NCBI GenBank assembly: GCA_046563655.1
Contig: CM102287.1
Coordinates: 4,092,001-4,156,000, forward strand
Direction: 5' to 3'
Length of the DNA: 64,000 nucleotides
Source: Yuukianura sp. NJ FZ-2021
Lineage: Eukaryota
Part shown: positions 25,081 through 40,295 of the stretch, piece by piece
How the letters are laid out: every line of letters begins with the position of its first letter
Position numbering within the stretch: the stretch's first letter is position 1
The notes under the pieces: model-generated
Databases searched by the model: none
What the model was told of the DNA's origin: nothing
Seen by the model: the letters and a program-made list of their open reading frames with translations, nothing else
Translations under genes and position numbers: made by a program

Positions 25081-25726
25081 TCTGCAACCGGATGGGCTTT
25101 TGCCGTGTGTTGAAAAATGGAATTTTGGTGGATCTCAACGTGAGGATTTGAGTTCATGCAAAGCTCAGAGATGGAGCCACAACTACCATCCAGTAACGCC
25201 AACACATAGCATTTTACTCAAACTCAACTTAATTAATTAATTACTTTACAATTATATTATATTTTTATTATAATTATTTGTAATCATGAATATTAGCCCG
25301 AGGAGAAAGTGTAAGGCAATGTAGTAACAAGCTCTATCAAAAAAAAACGTTCATTTTCATTCTAAAATCGACAGAAATCTCCTTTCATTTTTCGTATGAA
25401 TGAGTTAATAACAACGTTTTATTTTCATTTTAAAAAGGTCATGCAGGTCAAATTTTTTTTAACAAGAATTTAAATTTGTGACATTTGTACAAAATTGGAA
25501 AGTTTTACTATGAAAAGTTCTTCAAATTAGACTTCAAATAACTTCAGAACTAAACTTCTTTGTTCTTTTTAAGTAAAATGTTTTTTTTAAATGGTTTCGA
25601 ATTTTGAATTTTGAATCCAATTTGACTAGACTTTACACGTGAAGTGTATAACATTTAATACTAAAGTAAGATTGGATGATGGAGGTCAACAGGTCACGTT
25701 GAGGTCAACAAAAATATTATAGCATT

Positions 25727-26388
25727 TTAGTGGTAGCCTCCGCCGTGAGTTTGAACAGGATGATCAGAGTACCAGCCGAAAGCACCTGAGTAAAGAACAA
25801 TCTTCAGTAAATTTTGGAATGATTTCAAAAATTTCAAATCAAAATTTTGATTTTTTTCAACCATAGCCTCCAGTGTATGCTCCGTAGTCAACGTAATCAT
25901 ATGGTTGTGAAGAGTGTCCGTATCCCGTTTCAGCCGTGATTGGCTCTTTGTTTGACGGGGCGGGGACAAGGTCAAGGTCACTGCGTTGTTGCGGGTTAAA
26001 GTGTGGCTCACGCTGTTCTACTCCTTCCGGCATATCTTTTTCAAAAATAGAATTTTTTTCAAAAAGGTTTTGAAAAAAAGTGCAAAATGTTCAGAATTTC
26101 GAAAACTTACAAACAAGCTTTTCTTGGGCAGGTCGACCTTGCCTATGAGCGGCTCGTGCGAAGCGTCTGACCGGAACAAGCCGAACGTACCCCTCCGGAT
26201 CTCCTTCATAAATCGCTTCATCTTCTTCTCTTTCATAAGGATACGCTAGAGATCCAACAATCAGCGACAGCATCACTACTGCCAGTACCTAAAACCGCCA
26301 AAGTTCAAAATTTCGAAATTATTCCAAATTTCGAAATAAATTCCAAAAATGAAAACCAAAAACTTTTTGAACTTACGGAAATCTGCAT
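25727..26388 (-). CDS. Small secreted arthropod protein, cuticle-type (4 exons)
   Basis: MQIS|VLAVVMLSLIVGSLA signal; spliced C-terminus YDYVDYGAYTGGY|GAFGWYSDHPVQTHGGGYH*. Confidence 0.75.
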
Positions 26389-27461
26389 TCTGAAAATTAT
26401 GTTTTACTTTCATAAACTTTTAACGACTGAAATAGAAACTTTGACTCAAAATTCACTTTTATATACAACTCAAAATTTTTAGCAATTTTTACGCATGCAA
26501 GGGCAGAGAAAATCAAAATTTTTAAGGTTGAGATGATCTGTGTCACGCTTCCAAAAAAAGTGAAGATTTAGGCGATATCTCGATCCTTAGCTTCTTCTTA
26601 CTTTCCTTTTAACTGCACATGCAAAAAGTAGCTTCAAAATTCCATTTTGAAATGTAGCGTGAAAAGCAAAATCAAAATTTTGTAAAATCCTTTTAAGCCG
26701 TCAAAAAATTTGAAAAATTTGATCAGAGTTCAACCCCGTTGGCTATTTTATCAGATCAGATTTCGCACAAAGAGTTAAAAATTTAGAAGTTAATCTGGTG
26801 TTAATGCGTGAAACTGAAAATTTTAGTTAACCTGGAATAATAAAAATAGTTTGACCTTGACCCCTTATGTATATATTATAATGAATAAATAGAATATAAT
26901 AATCAATAAAATGTAACAAAACATTTTTGTGATGCCCATGTATGTCTCAAGTGGTGACAAAAGAGAGAGTGTGTGAGTAGCTGCTACATGAGTTTGCCAA
27001 ATTTCAGTACGGAAAATTTTAACGTCATTTTTCAACTTTTGGCTGTGATTTTGGTATGCACTGCGCCGTATTCATCTCTTCGTTTGAAAAGAACAAAAGT
27101 TTGTAAGATTCTTGTTTTTGTCATCTTTTCTTGATCAATCATTGTCATTGTCACTTGTACAAGCTGTCCAAGGAACGAAAAGAGGTAATTCATCTTCCGG
27201 GAGGGGTAGGTCATTCGCTACATTCGTAATAGGCATCAACAGGTTCAGGTAAAAATCCATAGTCCATAGTTAACATTTCACTAATCTGTGAAATTCTAAT
27301 TAAATTTTCTTTGTTGATTAGTGTTTGTACTGCTGCTGAGGTTGCAAAGTACTGCGGCCTAAGCACGACGGCGAAAGAACATTGTAGCAGCACAACTGGC
27401 TGGAGTAATAGTTGCAAGAGCTGCTTCTGTTTACTCGGTTCGAAGACGTAAGCGACCGCCA

Positions 27462-29082
<1,621 letters not shown>

Positions 29083-29651
29083 AGAACAAGTTAAATGCAG
29101 TTAACTTAAAGTTAAGATTAACGGAAGAGGAGGACTCAGTTAAGTTTAAAAAAAGTGACAAAAACCTTCCTGTTACCTTCCTTACACGATAAGTATTCAG
29201 TAAAAACATTGGACTCATTAATCAGTTAATTTAAACTTAATTAAATCATTGTGAAACATAATTTTCCTTTTGTGTAATACAATAAAATTGACCTTTGACC
29301 TTGACATTTTGAATCTGAGCACGAGCACAAGCAACTTAAAATTATTTATTAAGCATGTAAATAGTTGGTCAGCAGAAATCGGTTAACTTAATTCGTTACT
29401 TCTAATTAACTAAATTAATTATATAATTAAAACTTAAAATGTTGCCTTAAGTTTACTGATAATTAAGAGTTTTTACCTGTATTATAGTAAGTATGGGTTG
29501 CATTTTGTCCAATTAACGGTCTCTCATGTGGTTCGTTGATCAGTTAACATTGATCCGTGCTTGAAGTTAAACTTGACCTTGACATAATGTCAATGTAAGG
29601 TCAATTGACATGTCAAGGTCATTTGACTTGTGTCACGGTGCCACGGTCTGG

Positions 29652-31889
29652 TCAACCACTTCCTTCGTCCCACCCGTCCGAATCGTACTCACTGGATCCA
29701 GAGTCGCTGTCTGACATTTCCACGGCCACACGCCGTGCCAAAATTGACGCCACGTCGTGATACGTTGACGGTTTTTCTTCAACTTTGCTTCCATTGGTTT
29801 CCACCTTCCTTAGAGCAATTCCTGCACCAAAAAGTTATAATTGTAACTTTTTTCAAAATTTTTATAAATTGTACTTTTTAAAAAGTACTTACCATCACGA
29901 ATTGCCTTCAGCAGTTCATCTCTTCCGTCATCTCGCTCAATATGCACAGTTTTCCTTGCCTTGGGAGCATTATTACCGGAAGGAGGTAACGACGAATCGA
30001 TTCCATTCATTTGAGCCGTTAGACCTGGCGGAGGAGGAGGCGGAGGTGGAGGAGCATTGCTTGGCATATCGTCCATAAGAGGAGGAGGAGGAGGGGAAGG
30101 AGGAAGATGCTCTTCAGGAATATTTGGAGTCCGAAGCATCGTTTGTTCCATTGGAGTTGGCGGGGGAGGGGGAAGGTCATCTTCATCTGGGTGTGGAAAC
30201 ATGTTGTCCACTGGAGGAGGAGGCGGAGGAGGCAGAGTTTCACGGAAGTTGGACCTTGCTGTGGACATTCTACTGGCGTTGATAGGTGTTGAGGTTTGCA
30301 TTGGTGGCGTTGATTGCGGTGGTGTTCTAAATAACCAAAAAACGAAGTTAATTGAGCTAATTAGTGATAAATAGTTAAGTTAATTAGCTTGTAATTGTTA
30401 AAAACTTACCCCATGATGTATCCTGGTGGTGGGGCTGGCGGGGGTTGACTCGGTCTGTAACCATTGACAGGCGTATTTCTGTTACTACTGGTTCTGTAGT
30501 TGGGAGATTCGTAATTTGGAGTTTGGGAAGCATAATAACGCTGGTAAGCTTCGTACTGTTGGCGCTGCAGTTGCTGTTGTTGCATTGACGACATCGACAT
30601 GACTCTGCTAATAACATGACAGAAAAGCACAAAAAGCACAAAGTTATCATGATGCTGACGAGGACAGAGACTTGATTAATAATCGACATTGCTGACATTG
30701 ATAAGCACATGAAGCTTATGTAAGGCGTCCAGTACCTGTTATGTCCCGCGTGACTTCCGTCTTCATCAATCCTTCCAGCGACAGCATAAGAAGCGCGACC
30801 GTCCGGAGTCGTTTGTTGATACACTGGACCGTTTCCATCATGTGACTCGGTGTTATTCACCTAAAGAATAGCATCATCAGTATCATCATCTTCATCATCA
30901 GCATCATCAACATCAGTATTTGATTGAGGTCAAGGTCATCCAAAAAAATATACTTACCTGGCCTTGATAAACCGGAGTAGGCGTTGAGCCCATAATATGC
31001 TCTCCGCGCTGCATCGCTGCATTGCGAAGTTGCTCTCTCGTGTTATGTGGCTGTCTCACTCGCTTCTTATGCCGATTTTGTCCATCGTGCTTTAGTTTGT
31101 GCGGCTGAAACAGAAATTAGAACAATCAGCTCACAACTAATTAGATTTAAAAGTACTGAAGTCCAGACCTGCGACTCCTGCAGCATGAAAGGAACAAGAA
31201 CAAGTGCAAAACAAGTTCAAGTGAAAGCTAAGCTTGCGACGAACACTAGAAAATTAGTAATTGACTTAGACTTTCAGTACCTTCTTCCCTCGATCAATCC
31301 GTTCTGTGTCCTTTAACATTTCTTGTCTCCACAAATCAAAGAAATAACTCGGATCGGTGTAGAATTTGAGCCCATTACGTCCATCGTCACGATACTTGTT
31401 CAGCTTGTCCAATGGCGGAGGTTTGTCACACAGTTGAAACGTTATGAGCATTGATGGCGGTATACTTGCTCTCGAAACGACTTGCTGGTCAAACACCAAT
31501 GAAGACGTGAATGGCTTCGTGTTTAAGCTCTCATGGATCGATGCAGCTGAATCAGAAAGAAAAAACAATCGTAAATCAAACGTTCCGAATCCCATTCACA
31601 GAAGTTTAAACTTACGCTCTTCTTGAATTGCATCAATTGGTCCGATTCTGACCGCTAATCGGTCAATTCTGGCCTGTAGATTTCCTGTCCGATGGGCCAT
31701 TTCACTTGCAACGCCGATCAAGTTGGCAAACAACTCTTCTGCGTGATGCGACAGTGCAGACAGTTGTCGTATGACGTTGGACAGGGTTCCATTTGACACA
31801 GCTTCAAGGTCATTTTCTACTGGAAATCGATCCGGCAGGGTTCCACGGGCTACATGTGTAGGTTCAACTGTTCGCAGTAGAAGGGGCAT
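29652..31889 (-). CDS. SCAR: SCAR/WAVE Arp2/3 activator
   Basis: WHD (LEAVSNGTLSNVIRQLSALSHHAEELF; GLKFYTDPSYFFDLWRQEM), poly-Pro region, WH2 (DGRDELLKAIRDG), central/acidic DVASILARRVAVE...DSDGWDE. Confidence 0.96.
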
Positions 31890-32817
31890 CTCCGAGGTTT
31901 ACTGCCGCAGCGGCGATTGTGAATACGATACGAATCTACAAGGAATTACAAAATTAGCATTCAATATAATTTATGATATTTGATTAATACAAACTAATTG
32001 TAAATCCAGAAATTGACAAATAACGGGATAACTTACAAAGTTGACAGTTCCTCCTGTGAGGTCAAGTTCTACACAGGGTTAATCACCGACCAAATAAAAT
32101 TTTATCCAGAACAGCATTCAGATTTTACTTGTCCAAGATTGACGGTAGCTTTTGATGTAGCTCAATTTTAAAAAGATTGTGAATGGAGTCAATACTATCA
32201 CTATGCAGTGACAGGCAGTTAAAAGTCATGACGTTCAATTGACCTCAATATTTAACCTCCTTCCATTGGGTACATCAAGACGCAAGTAAAGTAGTTCACT
32301 CAAATTAACACGTAGTAAACAACCGATTAATTAGTGCCTCGCCCCGTCCAATAAATCACAAACCAGTTCACACTTCACACAATTCACAAATTCTCCGTCT
32401 GTTTCCTTCGCTATCGCTCGTAGTAATTCACTTTCTTCGAAATAATGTTGAGGAAGGTACGTGGTTGAAGGGAAATTTCAATCACTACAGTGTAATCACG
32501 GGAGTCACAAAAATACTGAAACAATTTCACAGTATCACCACAATTTGTAGCACAACAATGTACATAATTACAAATAGATTATAATTTTAACTATAGTAAT
32601 TAATTTTTAAGTTACAGTGCATCCTCTGTGTTATGAATTTAATAATGTTTTAATTCTTTGACACGTATACTTACACTGCTTTACTGCTTAAATTTTTATG
32701 ATACTCAATCAGCCAAATGCCTCACTCTTATGCCAAGCTAACTTGGGATCAAAGTTGGAATAACATATATAATTATTAGTAATATATATTACATGAGTGT
32801 ATAATAATACTTTAAAC

Positions 32818-32952
32818 TTAGACTATCGATGAATTTTTCACCAAACGCATGTAAAAGTTAGAGTATCGGTGAATTTTTGGCCACGCAAACGCATTTTAAG
32901 AGTTTTAGACCATCGGCGAATTTTTCACCAAACAAACACGTCTAAAGTTAGG
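32818..32952. repeat. About 3 degenerate ~45-bp tandem units
   Basis: Repeated ttagactatcg.tgaatttt.caccaaacgca. Confidence 0.6.
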
Positions 32953-33567
32953 AAAGTTCGAAAGTTTGTAGTAAGGGTGCGTCGGTATCGATTACTTCCT
33001 GTGGTACAATAGTGTAGGTTGACCTTACTTCAATTTTGTAAAGAAAAAATAGAAGCGGGTGTGGAGGAAGAAGACGCGATGAGTGTACTTGGCAATGGGG
33101 GCGGAAAGATTAACACTTATTTTTTCTGCTTCATCTTCTCATCTTACACAGATGACGAAGGAGAAAGGAGATGCTGATTCAGAGCAAGAGATTAATTACA
33201 AATTGTAAAACTAATTACGCGAGCATGTTCAAAATACTGAGAGATGTGTACTTCGCGGTTAGTAGAAAGATGCACTCTGGACCAGGGATGCTGCTAAACA
33301 GGGCGTTGGCTTATGTAAATTAATTTTTTCAACATACGCTTTTCAGTCACATGGAACTACAGAGGAAATTGGTCATTCTCCTCATCTTCATCACTCTTCA
33401 CTTCCTGATTAATCATACATTACTCAACTCAGCATGGGTTGTGAGGTCAAAAGGTCACGGATGACAGATGACATAGTGACACAAAATCAAAAAAACATTG
33501 AGATTTCCCATTTTGAAATTTGAATTCCAAATTTTATTAACAAATGTGTTTTTTATGGTAGGAAAAG

Positions 33568-35428
33568 TTAAACAAGGAACACAGCGTCAACTTGACCTTG
33601 ACCCGGGTTGACCTTTGACCCCGCAGTATCTGCTTTCATGAGCGGAATTCTGATTGGTTCGTCTCTAACCGGAGCTGTCTTGTTTCTAAAAAGTTTTGGA
33701 CGTCCGAGTGGGGCGGGTTGCGACATACCATGACTCGTTTGTGGTTTCAGCGCTCCCCGATGCACCCCATTGGCTAGGATCGCTGGAGGGGGCGTGGCTA
33801 GCTGCTTGCCAACTTCTGCGTCTGCGCTGAACTTATGCATTTCGTCCGCAGGGTTGAAAACTACCCCGTCGACGGACATGACCGAAGAGCTCAGCGTGAC
33901 GGCCGATTCGGATCGGGCTCTCTGAATGTGCACTTCGGCTCGGGATTCGACTATGACAACTTCCGGAAACTGTGAATATCCGTTAATTAACTTAATTACA
34001 ATTAATTAATTAATTGTAATTAATTGAAAGTTTACCTCATCTTCAGTATCAGGTTGCAACACAACTTGATGTGTCGCGTCCGGTATCCAGTCTTTAACGT
34101 CATTCCCGCCTTCCGGATCCAGCCTCTTCTGCGGTATGATCATGAGCACTGCAGCGTCTTCACTCTGATCGACTATTGGTCCAGAAACTTCTTCCAGGCG
34201 AACCGACCTTCCAGAAATCGCTGATCGCTGGGAGCGATCAGCCGGAGACTCCACATCAGCACAAGCACTCCGTGACCTGGCCATGTCATCGTCGTCACCT
34301 GACATGACCTTGACCGGTGACAAGGACGACACTGTCGCTGATTTAGCATGGAGTGCTTCAAATTTTGCATTTTCTTGAGAACGTTCCAGAAACGAATCTT
34401 GCTCAACGCGTTCGCTGAGTTCTGCCCAGTGCCACTTGACATAGTTGATCATCCATCTGCAATAGGTTAGTATTGAGCTAATTAAGTTATGACTAATTGA
34501 GTAATTGAGTAAACGATTACCGAAATCCGATTAACAGTCCATCTTGAAGTCCTTCAAGTTTGTATTTGCTGGTCATGTCTACGCGTGTAAGGCATTTGGC
34601 TGAATTTACCATTTGAATTAAGTCCATTTGTGTAATCAGTTGATCCACTTGGACTGTTTCAATGTCTTGCTTATTTCCTAAACTAAAACCACAATTTTTT
34701 TCAAAAATGTCTTTTTTCAAAATTTTGAAAATTTTGGATTTTACACTAAGAGTGGCTTCCTCTTGACACGCTCATCCTGCAGAACATCAGAAAGTATTTC
34801 AGCTTGCTTTGCAATACTGCTGCTTCTTCCGCTCACGTCCACAACGAAGATGATTCCATGAGCCTGTTCAAAATTTAAAACAAAAGTTTGAACCCAAATT
34901 TTTTAAGTTTGAAATTTTTTTTTGAATACTTACGTCTGGATAGTAGTGAGGCCAAAGTTCACGCACGGCTTCACTGCCCCCCAAATCGTACAACCGAACT
35001 GCCGTCCCTTTGTCTTTTACATTGAACACGGAAAATCCCTTCGTAGGAACATACGCCTCCGCTTCTTCTAAAAGGTTTTCTAAAATTTTGAATTTCAAAA
35101 AACTGTTTCATAAACTAAATTTCAAAAAATTTTTAGTAACGTTAACTGAAAAAGTGTTATAGTATAAACTTGCGGTTTGCAATCCTGGAAGCAATGACGC
35201 TTTTGCCGACCTCTTGAGCCCCAAGTACTAACAGTACTACTGGAGGTTTTCCACGTTTTTCTAGAAATTAAATTTAAGAAATTAGTTGACTAATTAAGTA
35301 GATCAATTACTTAATTACTATAAATTGTCATTTATACTAAAGTATGTCTTACTTTTAGAAGTGCTTGTCCAGAGAGAGTTGATGGCTAGACCTATCCGAG
35401 CTATTCCAAGTCGAATGGCATTACCCAT
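33568..35428 (-). CDS. Arl13B: ARL13B-like ARF-family GTPase with long C-terminal tail
   Basis: MGN start; P-loop GAQEVGKS; PTKGFS; YDLGG (Gly in place of the catalytic Gln, an ARL13 hallmark); WPHYYPD|AHGIIFVVD; GNKQD; long disordered C-terminus. Confidence 0.82.
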
Positions 35429-35859
35429 GCTTTTTTTTCTTTACATTTAGTTTTAATTAGTAGTTATAATATAATGATAATGTTAATTGTAATCAAAATT
35501 AGTTACTCCCTCCTCCGTTGTTTACTTCTTCAGCTTTCTCTACTTCCTGAATGGAGAAAGTTTGTGTTGTGACAGGTGAGTCCTTGGATACAGAGAAAGT
35601 TTCCCAGGAAAAAATCCAGGGCAAGGGCAACAAACAACTCATATTCAATTGATAATTGAAACATGAGTCACTCAATTCTCGGAAAACGGAAGTGACCAAG
35701 CGTTGACTAATAATTAACTAACATTGATTTTTATAAAAGTTTACAAAAATTTAAAAAGACATGACCTTTGACCTGGCACAAAAATGCTTGTGCGCTTTAC
35801 TCCCCATCTAGTGGCTGTTGAACAGATTTAAAATTTGAATTTTAAGCGGGAAAATATCG

Positions 35860-36195
35860 AAATACAGTAATGGCAATTGACAGAATTAAAATTGCAGAAT
35901 CCGAATTACAAGACATTGGAATACAGTAGACTTTCCCACTTATTCCATATGCCAAATACAAAACAATTTCAATTGACAAATACAAAACCCGCACCCGTAC
36001 ACTGGCGGTAAAATGGCAAAATGAAACATGCAATGGCAAATGGGGGATTTGCCAATGATAATTTGAACTTAGACTCATGTAATTTTCTAACCCCAGTGTA
36101 GTCCAATTGTATTTTGTTTTGTATTTGGCAAATGGAATAAGTGGGAAAGTTTACTGTATTGCCAATATTTTTGGCAATTATGTCAATTACTACCA
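35860..36195. repeat. Degenerate fold-back/MITE remnant related to 13821-14180
   Basis: Shares ttttctaaccc...caattg...ttgttttgtattt.gc and has inverted segments (actttcccacttattccat / atggaataagtgggaaagt). Confidence 0.55.
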
Positions 36196-36386
36196 TTCTG
36201 CTCCAAATTACTGCAAATTAAATTAATCAGTAAACAAAGAATTTATTGGTGTCTTGAGCCGATTATCTGTTGGAGTTGTGATTGTTGGGTAACTTCGAAA
36301 GGTAAAACTTCAATTAATTGTGGTTAATCTTTTCAGTTGTTTTAATACTCACTTTAATTGAATTTCAGCCTACCTAAGCCAAAGCC

Positions 36387-37535
36387 ATGCTACGGCGATT
36401 TCGATCAAGACTGTGCTTCCCACGCTTCCACCCCAACTTGCAGATACGGATAGGCGTTTACCTCCTGCTCGTTTGCGTCACGCTACTTGGCATTACATTC
36501 TGGACTCACCCGAGAGTCCTAGTCAGGGACGCCATTTATCTAGCTAGACCAATCTGGGGCCAACCACTCAACCAGCCGAAAAACGTCATACCACATTTCT
36601 ACGCCGAGAACTTGACCACTGCCGAGTTGTGTCGTCTCCATGGCTGGACGACTCGTACACCAGAAGAGCAGCCTGCTGTCTTTGATGCTACGATATTCAG
36701 CACGGAAATTGACTTGCTGGAGATACGACTCCGGGAGTTATGGAACGTTGTTGACAGGTTCATCGTGATTGAAGCCAACTTGACCTTCACCGGAATGGAA
36801 AAACGACTTCACTTGGCTGAAGAACTGAGTAGATTCGAGTGGGCCGAGGAAAAACTGTTTCATTTCACCGTTGACGGACTCGTCAGTCCGCTACCGAAAG
36901 GAGAAACGCCGTTCTACAACGAAATCAAGATGAGGACCTACATGGGCAATCTTCTGGCATCGGATATGTTTGGATTGAAAGCAGGCGATCTAGTTATCGT
37001 TAGTGACGTGGACGAAATCCCTTCAGCAAAAACGATTTCGCTACTCAAGGCCTGTAAGGGATACCGAACTGGCCTTCACCTGCAAATGTTCACCTACTTG
37101 TACTCCTTTGATTTCGTAATGGACAGAGATACGTGGCGACCGCATGTGGAACTTGTGGAACTGTACAATGGGACCAAGTACACGATACCCTACCATCATC
37201 AATTTGCGTCCGATTACATTCTAGCACATGCTGGATGGCACTGCTCCTTCTGTTTTCGAACCCTGGACCAGTTTATATTCAAAATGCTGGCATACTCACA
37301 TACTGACAGGGTTACCAGGGAGGATCAACTGGACAAGACGAACATCCAGGACAAGATTTGCAAAGGTGCGGACATTTTTGACATGTTCCCGGAAGGCTAT
37401 ACTTATCGAGAGCTCATTTCCAAGATGGGCGACCTGCCAAAAACGAATTCAGCTATTGATATACCTGATTTTGTTGTCCAAAATGCTGAGAGGTTCAAGT
37501 ATTTGCTACCCGGTGGCTGTCGACGAGAAAACTAG
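36387..37535 (+). CDS. GT17 beta-1,4-N-acetylglucosaminyltransferase-like protein (plant/fungal type), intronless CDS
   Basis: 382 aa type II membrane protein; RPIW..PHFY.EN...LCRLHGW; FSTEIDLLEIRLREL; EANLTFTG; SDVDEIP (DxD); AGWHCSFCFR; FKYLLPGGC. Confidence 0.92.
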   Translation: MLRRFRSRLCFPRFHPNLQIRIGVYLLLVCVTLLGITFWTHPRVLVRDAIYLARPIWGQPLNQPKNVIPHFYAENLTTAELCRLHGWTTRTPEEQPAVFDATIFSTEIDLLEIRLRELWNVVDRFIVIEANLTFTGMEKRLHLAEELSRFEWAEEKLFHFTVDGLVSPLPKGETPFYNEIKMRTYMGNLLASDMFGLKAGDLVIVSDVDEIPSAKTISLLKACKGYRTGLHLQMFTYLYSFDFVMDRDTWRPHVELVELYNGTKYTIPYHHQFASDYILAHAGWHCSFCFRTLDQFIFKMLAYSHTDRVTREDQLDKTNIQDKICKGADIFDMFPEGYTYRELISKMGDLPKTNSAIDIPDFVVQNAERFKYLLPGGCRREN

Positions 37536-37990
37536 AAAACCAACAATAAACAAGGTTAATATTTTAATTATGAGTAACAATTATTTTTAAATTAAGTTAA
37601 TTAATTAATTTACTATTGATGAATAGAATCTACTAAACAACATCCGACGCTAAACGTACTAATTGAGAATTCCAGCCAAATTCAAAAGTCAAATTAGAGA
37701 AAAGGAGAAAATTGAAAAAGAAAAAGCAAAATGTAAGAAAAAAAACTCAAAAAAAAATTCTAGGTAAACAAAACTGTGATTCACTACATAAAGGTACTCA
37801 ATTAATTAATCAAATGCTTAATTATCAAAGTGTAATGTAGATCGGATTCATCTAAAGGTGAAAGAGTAACAAGTGATTCCAAGCAAAGGTACGTTAAAGT
37901 CAATTTATACATAAATGATTGGCAGAACATCACCAATCGATTGTCAATCGTTAAAGCTAACCATAGTTTATATTCGTTAAATTTTAGGGA

Positions 37991-40295
37991 ATGGAGAGGA
38001 CAATGGAGGTAGAAACAACGGATGCGTCAACTGTATTGACACAAAATGAAAATCACAAACAACTGGAACTGGACAGTCGATACCTTTGGATTGGTGGTGG
38101 GACTGTCATCGTTTTGTCAATTGCACCATGGTTGTTTTTCGTAACAATGCTGGGAGTAGTACTTGGATTCTGCTCTCTAGAAATCGTCAAAGAACGACTT
38201 CAGCCCCTACTTCGCCACCACGTCAAACGCAAAATATCGGAAGAGAGAAACTACGATCCTCTACTACATCCACATCAAACTTCAGTGTCTACCGCTTGCA
38301 GAATTTGTAACACCAACAACTGTACTCACGATTCACATCAGAACCGTCCTCGACTCAAGTCATCTTGGTCAACATCCCAGATGAGCCCAGATCTTAGAAT
38401 TGATCCTCGTCTGGATGCTGCTTTAGCACGCTTTTGCAATGCCGTGTTTGCCGAATACGTCAGTCCTGATTGGGCTCCATATGAAACGAGGCTGGAACTG
38501 AAACGGGCTCTCGTCAAGACGCTGTTGACATTTGGCCAAGGTGTAAAGGAAACTTTCCTGGCCAATGACGAAGATTCGATCATTTTCGTGCGGCAGAAGG
38601 TCTTACCTCTGTTTTTGTTCCATGTCAATTCTATTAGAGAGCATCGGAGTATCACCAAGGAAGAGCAGGAAGAATGTTACAACAAAGTCATGGCACTTAC
38701 GAAGATGTTGCTTCAGAAATACTTGAATCCAGAAGATGCCAAATGTAAGCTCTGGACTGAACTTGTACTGGCAGTACTCGGGAGCGGAGTATTCTGGAAC
38801 TTGATTCTGCTGGGAAGAGAGGAAATTCCAATTCTGCTACGGGAGTTGCACGAAGAAAGCAAAATGTCAGCTGTTTCATCGGGGCAAGCCGAACTTGTTG
38901 TTTCAGCACAAGGTGCAGCGACACTTTCAGTTTCTTCGGTTTCGAAAGAAAATGAGCAGTATGTGTCCCTGCTCCTTGACAGTTTTCTGGATCCGGCGAA
39001 GGATGTTGAGCAACCATCAGCGATTTCTTCTAGATATCGTCCAACTATGTCCTACGTTTTGAAAGAAAGTGATTTACTGTACTGTTTGATCCAATTTCTA
39101 AAAGGAGAGGGTGCACTGGAATGGCTTCAAACGCTTTTAGAACAAGACAACACCGATCCAAGTTCATTTCCTCGCAAAGTCATTGAAATCAAGCATTTGA
39201 ATCACTTTGCTCGCTCCAAAGTTTTCCTAGAGAACTTGGGGTTCAGTCGTGTCGAACCCGCAGTCGAAGTGGATCCAGAATTACTCTATCCTTCTACAAA
39301 CACGTAATTCTTAAGAAAACTTAATTAAAAACTAATTAGTTAATCTTTACCAATTAATCAGCTGTTTTGTTCTTTCTTCTAGAAAATCTTCGCACCATAC
39401 AAGATCTTCGTCATACGGAGGTGGAAGTAGCGGTGTTGGACTCTTTGATAAGAAAGTTGTAGATGGATTAGCACTTTACCCCACTCCAGCTGTGAATCAA
39501 CCAATCAGATCAGCGATTCCGGGAGGTCCCAACGCTGCTTCAGCGTTACCATCACCTCCTTCTGAAACCGATTCGATGTTTCGACGCAGAGATACACTGG
39601 AACCGTTTATAGCCAAGTTTTATGCATCGCTGATTCAGCCAGACCCGGAAAGTGACTTGGTTGCACGAGAAGCTTTACCGGAGAAGAAACGGGTCGGAAC
39701 GGACGCAAAAGCAAGAAGACGAACGTCACTCAAACGTTTTGTCGTTTCGGATAAGCCCAAAGACGTTCTGGAAACGTTGACATCGACTGGTAAAACAAAA
39801 AAAAACGTTTTTCCCGCGAATTTTGATCCTGATCAATTGAATGTTGATTAATTTTGGTTAGTGATTTCGCTAATGCGGAAGCAAAGTCCATGGAAAGGCG
39901 TGATTGGCGGGTGGATTGACCTGCTACGGCCACTTCTCAACGAACAGCTGACGAATGTGCTGGACAAGTATACTGCACAAGTACTGGAGCTGGACAGTAT
40001 CCTGTTTCTAATCAATCTCATCACTGATGCTTTCATAGAGTCACAAGATCCTGAACTCAAGAAACTCAAAGCACAAAAACAAAAGCTAAACACAAACGCC
40101 AGTACTACTGCGGAACACGATGGAAATGCTGCGCAAATCCTCACTCCTGATTGGTTCCTAGAAAATCTCTTTGATAGAGAAGATCTGCTGAATACTTTAT
40201 GTTCCTACCCCGATGGAATTTTACTTTTCTTTGTAGATTTACTTGATCTTCTTGTCTCTACTTTAACTTCACCCACAATCACTTCTGTTTCCTAA
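37991..40295 (+). CDS. SNX14: Divergent SNX14-like protein (TM, PXA, RGS remnant, C-terminal region), 3 coding exons
   Basis: N-terminal TM segments; CRICxxxNCxH; PXA start LRIDPRLDAALARF...EYV..W; RGS start DLLYCLIQFLKGEGALEWLQ; LEPFIAKF. Introns at about 39304-39382 and 39790-39860. Confidence 0.65.

Noticed and set aside
29620..29654. Readthrough of the SCAR UGA-C stop
   Set aside because: It gives only a 10-codon extension with no supporting evidence, and the acidic Trp motif already ends the protein normally.
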